IMG/VR virus record: IMGVR_UViG_3300033153_013547
Location: 124,001-188,000 of that record
Length of the DNA: 64,000 bases
Strand: one strand, 5' to 3'
Both the position numbers and the translations under genes were made by a program. Each line of letters opens with the position of its first letter. The stretch's first letter is position 1. Shown one piece after another: positions 29,701 to 38,300 of the stretch. The notes beneath the pieces were generated by a model that was not told where the DNA came from, ran no database searches, and saw only the letters and a program-made list of their open reading frames with translations.

Positions 29701-32332
29701 CGATTATCTCATGCCTGAATTTATGGAAACAGAGCTGAGAAAAAGAGGCGTAATGATAGAGGCAATGCAACGATTAGAAGGTGAAATGCTATCTCTATCT
29801 AAGGTCAGCACAATAGCAGATGAAGAAAAAGCAGCACTATCCAAGAATTTATATGCCTTTGCAATGGAATGGCATGAAAAAGTTCATGGTGGGAAAAGAG
29901 GGGCAGAGCATTCGTTTATCGAAGCATTTGGTGATTATCTAAAGAACACTGGTATTACTGCGTTAGACTTAGAAGAAAGTGGTCATATAGAACAATATGG
30001 GAAAAAAGTCATGTCTGCTATGGCAGATCTTAAAATAATATTTAGCAGCCCAACCAGTGGTCAAATAGCAAATCTACTGGGTGGTTCAATTGCATCAATA
30101 CCTGCAATAACAAATGCTGAAGAATTACAACAACTCGTAGCAACAAGAGTATTTGATCCTATGGCCAGAGTATTTGCAAAAGGCCAGTCAACAGAACTGG
30201 GAATCAACTTTATCAACGAAGGTGCCGTGCAAAATCTTGTCAACAAAGTCAGAACCATGGAAAGCCAGGGCATCAATCAGAGTGAGCTACAAAAAATATT
30301 TGCAAAAATTACTGGCTTAAATGAAGAACTAATCACAGATCCCCTTATGCAAGACATTGCAGACAAATTTCAAAAACTTCTCAATCAGTCTGAGGGTGCA
30401 ATGTGGATCCTAAATTGGCAACAAGTAGCTACAGTGCAAGAAATGAAGATCAGTGAAGAAAGTGCAAAAATCTTTAGTAAAGCTCTGCAAGGAATCTATG
30501 CTTCTGGTGAAGAAGCACTTGATGTTGTGCCAGGCACAAAACAATATGAAAGATTCTTGCAGCAATATGCTGCAGCTGAAGGAAAACACTCTCCTCAGTA
30601 TCTCAGAGATCATGGTATTCCTTTTACTGACGCCACAGGCAAACCACGCACTATTCGGCCAGAACATATGGGGCTAAACTTCCGCCCACTTATTCATGGC
30701 GATAAATATGCCATGGTGCAATGGAAAGGCTTTCAAGCAAGTCAAATCCCCTTTGCCAAGGCCCACCTATCTGGCCTTGCGTTTCCAGTAGGAAGCCTTA
30801 TGGAAGAAGTTATAGAAGAAGCGGGTAAAAAACCGGAAAACGTATACAATCGGCTTGCAGCTTTCATGATGAGTGGTGATCTAAATGCTATTGATTCATG
30901 GCTTGGGGAAGCAGAAAAAACAAATATTTTGATACCACGAAATCCCTTCAACAAATGGGCACGTGCTTTTTTAGGAGCAGCTCCTGGGTGGAACGCACAT
31001 AACGAGCGAGCAACTGCAACGGGTGTGGGACCCACCGTTGTGATAAATCTCGTAGAGGACTTGGGTCTTAGAGATGTTTTTGTTACATTGAGAGAGGGGC
31101 AATCTCCAGAATTTTCAGATATGATGACAAACATAATTGCTGAAGAAGCACCTGGTGGAAGCATAGGATTATATCGTATGGTAGAAGAATTGTCACGAAT
31201 ACGTACCAAACCACTGGTTGCACTTGAAAAACAGGGAATAATCAACCTACGTTATCTGGATCAAAACATGCTGCGTGATCCTCTGTTAGAACGAGCAACA
31301 ATGGGAGATCAAGTTAGACTGAGAAACACCATAAGACTAACAGAGCTTGGCATAGACAACACTACTAAAATTGATGAAATATTGCTCAAAAAGATCAGGG
31401 CAACTTTCCCAGCAGATGATAGCATAATTGTTGGACATAATGATTTAATCACCCAAATCCTAGCAGCAGACAAAAAACGAAATATTCTAGGCACAAAATT
31501 TGGGGCCATTGGCTACACAAAGGGAATTTATGACTATCTACAAGTAGCCATGGAAATGTTAGATGACATAATGGCTCCTGAAGATATTCCCATTGGACAG
31601 AGAAACCAGTGGGTTATAGAAAATATCCTTGCTGGATTTATCAACCCATCAGATTTACCCATAGATGAAGCAAGAGTTATAGATGCAGGCAAAAATATTT
31701 ACAAAAGGAATTTATACAATCTTGGTCAATCTTCTGAATGGATCAATAGATATGCAACAGATTATTCTGATACATTTAGAAAATCTATAGGAGCCAATGT
31801 TCATGATTTTATAACACAGGTAGGAGAAAGAAACCCAAAGATCATGGGGACACTTGGCCTCATAGCATTGGGAGTGGGAGCTTTTTCTGTGGCAAATATG
31901 CTGGATTATACCAGTCTAAAGGCTAATGAAGACAATCTTCATCAGTATTCAACTAATAAAAGATTAGCAGATTCCATGGCACATGCCAAGACATATGATC
32001 CGCGAATCATTGTTATAGATGGCATAGCCGCAAACGAAACTACTGAAGCAATAACTGGACTATCTAGTCCTCATTCAAGGGCCATGCAAAAGTTTGGCCC
32101 TATTGTGAATCGTCCCCCAAGTGGTGGCAGTAATGGACTTTTTAGAAGAGAAGGTATGGGGTATAACATACCCATATCAGAAGCCAGATCAGCAAGATCT
32201 CTACAAGAAATAAGCAGTGTTATATCTAATAGAAAGTTCAATGTAAATACTAATATAAAAGTTGTTCAAAGGGCTAATGCCGACAGTATAAAGACATATT
32301 ATAATAACTATGTAGAATATGGCAGTTTCTAA
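26756..32332 (+). CDS. Single-chain two-barrel RNA polymerase-like protein (putative virion RNA polymerase)
   Basis: NADYDGD at 27971-27991 with upstream RHPQI and RQGIKAK...GNQVGMYKSMREF; bridge-helix-like HARKTGIAFEAHKILKGG (28742-28795); trigger-loop-like QIPLEAKHKTGG (28928-28963); beta-like GDKYAMVQWKG (30698-30730), EAGKKPENVYNRL and GPTVVINL. Confidence 0.82.
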   Translation: MTQTPSHISIENLHRQVVDKVIALDMHSILHTLEESGAIGGGLTQEEQLNTILNAVKKTSWGQGISLEKLSTSQTSALTGPYDRNRVVAAITASAEASSIMKIVFNLQNYKSKITGKELFDQDMIGPRLLFLLEKPPSDVESIAKTFSTSDQLSNRNTIAAMLNTFNYLAAIDKVHSDWDKRLAEGETPQQLQRTVNDLVNKIKTDVNRANEYNLDAQHLATRMRKKDTLQQSLKVVSDPKLIRLESDIRQGIKAKLSGDTTGNAVLLIADVDAKGNQVGMYKSMREFLTSYGFNQPEIIAEALDIQIQHPQNFDQATKALKATDKLPEFLFKLKKGDRERVFRGRLGPAPVRHPQIDITKGFPYNLVLAAHPDSTIPGGKAAQRATSGIGVNQVYVSLLNLARINADYDGDTIINYINTNLKSEILQYIKEHGKKESPGLVLVGAMDMIIKSLAFGEETKKELISAGMLRSKLRERVGVMARQRANFVSKRILKKSYIPGQTMVLEIGGIKYGLEANPAQGIKEIEVLITETIMKNFDKNMNPAKAFVRAEELIHQEGDIYVFDHLANKKLSGIEVVKWQEKNINRALIEDNLLKWGLHLSDRVKRLGADNALIKQFMAKLADTKDPDNFLRSMEAINDIAQDIISRGDVSEETVSKIIKEHARKTGIAFEAHKILKGGVGEIGVIQYAFFEHVHNNIKYLSNIGAEQLTDLKKLADFFEVMAQIPLEAKHKTGGSFKMIAHILRTVLKGGGVNVKDTAQDITNILMRGKMPEVLASVTATAYPVGQIWEGEGFTLHRTNLRNWVEEAIRVLANPRISTAIQEQISNKSAWTGGAGAAARVAGGMESTIIELTGTKDITQAFEGALSINPKDPGAVDVVKELHQLSTSSFKRRDYDSFTRKPNELATIISEKAKKNVYEIARVTDKSGISKLELRQIYDPNKPETFDAIASRLPAGVVPDEDTIQFVINDRVRKQIQNGRADYLMPEFMETELRKRGVMIEAMQRLEGEMLSLSKVSTIADEEKAALSKNLYAFAMEWHEKVHGGKRGAEHSFIEAFGDYLKNTGITALDLEESGHIEQYGKKVMSAMADLKIIFSSPTSGQIANLLGGSIASIPAITNAEELQQLVATRVFDPMARVFAKGQSTELGINFINEGAVQNLVNKVRTMESQGINQSELQKIFAKITGLNEELITDPLMQDIADKFQKLLNQSEGAMWILNWQQVATVQEMKISEESAKIFSKALQGIYASGEEALDVVPGTKQYERFLQQYAAAEGKHSPQYLRDHGIPFTDATGKPRTIRPEHMGLNFRPLIHGDKYAMVQWKGFQASQIPFAKAHLSGLAFPVGSLMEEVIEEAGKKPENVYNRLAAFMMSGDLNAIDSWLGEAEKTNILIPRNPFNKWARAFLGAAPGWNAHNERATATGVGPTVVINLVEDLGLRDVFVTLREGQSPEFSDMMTNIIAEEAPGGSIGLYRMVEELSRIRTKPLVALEKQGIINLRYLDQNMLRDPLLERATMGDQVRLRNTIRLTELGIDNTTKIDEILLKKIRATFPADDSIIVGHNDLITQILAADKKRNILGTKFGAIGYTKGIYDYLQVAMEMLDDIMAPEDIPIGQRNQWVIENILAGFINPSDLPIDEARVIDAGKNIYKRNLYNLGQSSEWINRYATDYSDTFRKSIGANVHDFITQVGERNPKIMGTLGLIALGVGAFSVANMLDYTSLKANEDNLHQYSTNKRLADSMAHAKTYDPRIIVIDGIAANETTEAITGLSSPHSRAMQKFGPIVNRPPSGGSNGLFRREGMGYNIPISEARSARSLQEISSVISNRKFNVNTNIKVVQRANADSIKTYYNNYVEYGSF

Positions 32333-35300
32333 CAATTACACAGAGACCGTAAATCTTGGTGGCGTGACGTTCAATGTCCCCATAACTAACATCAAAACAT
32401 CTGTCCAGAGTAACATAACGTCTTCCAATTCAATTAGAGAATCTGGATCTGCTAAATTACAAACAGATCAGATTGTAGAATTGCTGGAAATAACGTTTTA
32501 TGCCTTTGATCAAAATGGGCTGAAAACTGCTGCAAGCCTCATGCAACTCTATAAAAATATACCCTTTGTATGGGTTGCTTCTCCATATATCAATGCTGGG
32601 CTCAATATATGTGATGTAGCACTGCATAGTGTTACTATTTCTAGTGTTCCTGGGTTCCCCAATACATATAAAATAGACTTGGTTCTTGCCCCCTTTGACT
32701 CGTTTGCTATAACCAACTGGCCCACCCTATTATCTGGCACAAATCTTGAGCTGTATTATACATATCAAACATATGTAGCAAACAAGACTGCAAAAAGACT
32801 TGGCTCAACCAAACAATATGGTGTTATGTTACCTACTGATCCTCCTGGGCAACCAAATCCCTTTGACATTTTTGTGCCATCTGATGACTTTTTGGAAGAG
32901 ACCAAAATGGCCATGGACATGATTGATAATGCCCTAAAGAATGCTATTACATTTTCCAATAAAAACGAAGATGGATTGTATGCAGTAATCACACGCGACA
33001 TAGGAACAGACAATACTCCAGAAGAAATGTCTAAGAAACTGGCTGATCAACTCAAAGGATATTTATTAAATGCTGTGGCCAAAGATGCAGACGGCAATGA
33101 AATTAGTTTATTTACCAAAAACAAAAATGGAGACATTGTGCCAGCCCCATGGGACAAATGGCAACAGTGCAGAATATTTGATGTTTATGATCCTGACACA
33201 GGCAAAATACTTACTGGTGCATCTGCAGAAAGCAAGTTCCTAAATCTTTTTGAAGCCATAGAAGAAGCCATTGGGCAAAACTCTCTTGAAGAATACATAA
33301 GAAGAATAGATGCAAATCAATCTTTAGCAACCTTTCTCAATTCTTTTGCCAGTATTGCCAAAAATACAGATCTATACACACATGCAGCTACAGCACTCCA
33401 AATCAACGCAGTAGATATAAATTTAATTAGGCAAGTAATAACAGGAGAAAATCTTCAACTCAAAGTCAAGTTGCCTAATTATTCCTACGGACAGGAGGGT
33501 GCAGCAATAAACAGGGGATATTGGGATTATCTTCTGATGGGTGTAAATATAGATGTAAATATTGGAGGAAATTTCAAAGCCCAAGCTCCTACAACAACCA
33601 ATCAAACAGTCCCAGATCACTTAGATTTATTTGTTGAAGACATTGACTCACTAAAAAGACCAGGTTTCCTTGGTTTACTTTATGACATATATCTAGGAGC
33701 CAGAGGCTTTCAAAATATATTGTCTGGAGCCACAGAATCACTTGCAAAATTGTTTGATAGAGACAGATATAGAGAAAGTGGATATATTCCAGCAGGACTA
33801 ACCCAATTTTCCCCACAGCAGGTTGTTGTTTCATTCAACAACAAATTTTCTACTGGATATTTGCAAAATGCTCTGACTGTAAGACCCATATATTCCTATG
33901 TTGGATCAGGAGACTTCACAATACAAATACTAAATACTGTTACAGATCCTGACCATAGTGAACTGAAAAAATTTACAGATACAATAGATTTGGCTTTCTT
34001 ACAAAACAAAAAGTTCCAGGGAGAATTGCCTGCAGGATTTATTGCTATTAGAGACCCATTGGTTCAGTCAATGGGTATTTTTGAGTGTCTGATAATTGGT
34101 TATTCTGTTACTCCTATGCCAGAATATCCCAATGTTTTTCATGTAGAACTTACTACAACTGATTTCAATTTACAGAAACGCACAGAATACATGATCAACC
34201 GCATTGATCCTTATGGAAAAATACATGGTGGCGATGACAAAAGCACTGCTGCCGCAACAGCACTATCTTCTTCATTGCTTGATCCTGTTTTTGATCCTGC
34301 GTCACAATTTTCATCGCAAGAACCGAGAACACTTGAGACGGCGTTTGGAGAGCAACAAATACAATACGATCCAGAATATAAGCCACCCACAACCAGCAAT
34401 AGTGCCTCTGGTAGCGAAGCCTACTATGATTATGAAAACATAGATGGTGGAGATATATTATGCGTCAAAGAATTATATCAAGACTGGTTCAGAGCCAAGT
34501 ATTCACTCAGACAGTATAATTGTTACCCAGATATTATTTTACCAACACTACACGAGGCACAAATTATATTTGGTGATTTTGACAAGCCCATATCCATTGC
34601 TACTGGTGCAACCAATATTGACAACCCCTCCACTGCTGAAAACAAAACAGAAGTTCATGTGCTAAAAGACTTCAAAGCATACTATGAATGGCGTCAGGCA
34701 GGGCTGATCAACGGAGAAAGAACAGATCCATTCATGGACTATGGGGGAGATATCAATGTTACTAAATTAGATTGGACTGAAACTGGTGAATATGTAGTGC
34801 CCTATTTTTTCTTCTATCCATCAAGGATTGAAGTAATCAGTGATGCAAATGCAAATGTCAATCAATATGACACTCCACTTATAGGAGGAGATGATCAACT
34901 AAACCGAGGAGATAATCAACTAAACCTCAGTAGTTTCAATATAGACGGAGATATCAACGGAACAACAGAACAACCAGATGGCTCCTCTGCCATTACCGAA
35001 AAAGAAAAAATATACGAATCTCCATTTGGTGCCGCTGCGCGGGTGTTTGGGCTGGCGCCTGTGGCGCCGCCCCCTACAGCACCAGCTGGATCCATAACTG
35101 ATGTTACAGAAGACATTGCAGAAAATTCGGAGTCAGGCACGCCTGCAACAACAAAAGAAAAAAGCACGATGCAGGAGAAGATGGTTGGAAAGAAACGTAT
35201 CAAGAAAATTAAGGAAATACAAAAACACCAGGCAGAACACCCCACTACAGATGATGAAGTCGGCACGGAAGACACAGCATTTACAATGCCTCTTGGTGAA

Positions 35301-38300
35301 TTCCCATTAGAATTCTACTGGATAGAAGAAGAAAGATATAACAAAAGAGGGGACATAGCTCAACTATTTCCAACCTTTCATATTATGATCATAGATGAAT
35401 TTCCCTGGCAATTTGGTTGGAAAATGAAAGATTTTCTTTATCAATCAGTCAGGGTTGAAAGAATAAAAACATATGGGGCATCTGATGATCTAAAAGAGTT
35501 TGCATTTGTTGATGTGGCAAATACTTATGGAGACCTTACCAAGGAAGAGATGAACCCAAGTCTTCTGGTAAGCTATGCCTTTGCACTCAAGAAACCACCA
35601 AGTCTTGAGGAAAGACTTTTTGATGATTACAGAAATTTCTTTAGCAATCTTGCAAATATGCTGGATCGAACAGATGATATAGAAACATACTTTGCAGTCA
35701 AGTCTGCTATTTCTAATGTTTCTGGTGCTCTGTTTTTGAAACAGGGTGTGCGTGTTCAGATTAGAATGGGTTATGAATCTAACCCCCTGAGACTAAAACT
35801 AGAGTTTATGGGCAAAATTCAAACTTTAGGAACAGGTGAATCTTTTCAAATTGTGTGTGTTTCTGATGGGGTAGAATTTGATACGCCCATCAATAACAGA
35901 ATAGATACCAAGGGGACAATGTGGAATAATATTACCACATTCTTTGACAAGCCTGCTGATGTCTATGGGGTTATAAACAATTTTATGAATGAACGTGGAG
36001 GAGCAGGAATCTTTGGCAACCTTGGTGATTCAGTCAAAACCTGGTTGGGCAAAGCTGGTGATTGGGGATTTGATAGATTGGTATACGAATCTCCTTATGG
36101 GATAGAACACTTTGGATACAGAAACAAGGCTGTTCCAGGCAGGTTTACCAGAACTGATTGGGATTTTAAGTCAACCAAGGAAGTTCTGAAAAAGCTCAGC
36201 TCAGATTCTACTGAAAATTCTGATCTCAAAGATATTTTCTCTAATTTGATGGCCTACAAAGACGAAGGCCAGATACAAAAAAACATAGAAGCATACGAAG
36301 AAGCACTAGAAGCAGCAGCCAAAGCAATCGAAGAAAAGGCAAAAGAGCTTAAGGCAGGAAAGGCTTGTCTATTTAGTCCCACTGAATGTCTTAAAATGCC
36401 TAAATCCTTACAGATTCCAACTGACCCCGATAATGGCACAATGACACTAAATTGGAACATTCTGCAAAGCAACACGAAGATCAAAGCCAATATACTCAAA
36501 GGTAATTTTATAGACCATTGGTCAGATCTCAGACTACGCTCACAAGGATTAGAAGAGCCCCTTAGCACCATCATCAAAATGATGAATGATATTGCTGGAA
36601 TTGATGAATTTATATCAATATTTGATCCTTTTACACCATTTTTTCCACGATATCAATTGTTTGGTGGAGACAAATATTATCAGCTATTTGGGACAATTAG
36701 TGGGCTACAAAAAGACTTGAAAGATAAAGATTTTAATCCAGAAGAAGGGTTAGAAACAGCCAAAGCACTAGATGAATTAGTCTATTTTATTCTCAATGAA
36801 TTGAGAAAACTATATGGGACTTACTCAAATTATTTCAGACCGACAAACATAGCAGAATTTGACATAGACATAGACAATATTTTGGGAGATGCCAGTATAC
36901 TACTCAAAGAACTAGAAATAACAAGAGGATCAGTCACAGCAATAGGGAATAAATCTGATAGTTCTCTAGATCTATTATTTAGATCAATGAGACTAAATAC
37001 TGGGCTTGCTCAATCTCATGGTAGAGCAAGCACACAAGCATCTCTTACGAAAAATGATATAATAACCAAAATCCTTGTCAATAAAGTTGGACTAAATAAA
37101 GAAACAATAACTCTTTATTCTAGGGGCAACAAAACACTTCTAAGCCTTCCCAACGAAGAAGCGATGATCTTGGGAGAATGGTTGCTAACCATAATCAATG
37201 CTGGTAGATCTGAAGAAGAGCAACAAACCATAGATCCATTGATCCGAGCCCTAGACGTGGCACAAGATACTCCATTAGATGTCTTTGGCATAGATATTGG
37301 TCACATTCTTTTTGCTGGTGAAACTATGATGAACATCCATCAGCCTGCCCATGCATTTAGTAAGGCAGGCAGTGAGATAAATCAGTTTGGAGGAACAGGA
37401 GCAGGAGACTTTGGCAGTGGCACAACCTATGATGAAGAAGGACTATCAACCAAAAACGACCACAGAGACGTAGGAAACACACAATTAATAACAAGTGATG
37501 GTGACAAGTTCAAATTTAGTTCCAAATTTATTAGATGGATAAAACTAACAGAAAACGGGGGGCTTCATGAATCTGTTATCAAAGGAGGAACAATAAAACC
37601 ATATGATGATGGACCACAATGGTCTATTGGATACGGAAATTTTGCTGGGGAAAAGCAACGGGACATAATAGATCTCACGCTTCACCCCCCAATCTACAAA
37701 TCGATCCCAGAATCTCTTGCAGATCAATTGCTTGTTGATGAACTAAATAAGTTTAGAAAGCAAGTTTTACGAATACTTGGAGATAGTGCTAATTTGCTGA
37801 ACCAATCACAAATTGAGGCACTAACAAGCATGACCTACAACACTGGCGCAGGCAATACAAAAACTAAAAGAGTTTATGCTGCCATCAAAGAAGGCAATTT
37901 ATCAGATGTGCCCAGACTAATTAGAGAGGGAGAAAATCGCATAAGAGGCAAAGGAGTCGATCCAGGCCTTACCAGACGCAGAAAAGATGAATCAATTATA
38001 TGGTCATGGCAAGACGCTACTATATCATCTAAAAATATAATCAATCCATTGAGCAATCCGTTTACCGAACCATCTCCCTCTTCACAATGGGACCCTGAAA
38101 CGGTATTCAATCCCTTTCCATATGAGAAAGATCTTCCTACACCCAATACTCGCATTCCAGTTAAATCATTTCTCGACGAAATAAAGCCTGCCTTCGAGGA
38201 CAGTGTGAACGCGGCACTTGGGCGACCACCCGGGAAAGAAATCCGAATCACATCGACAACAGGTGGCACCCACGCCGAGAACAGCATGCATTATAGGAGA

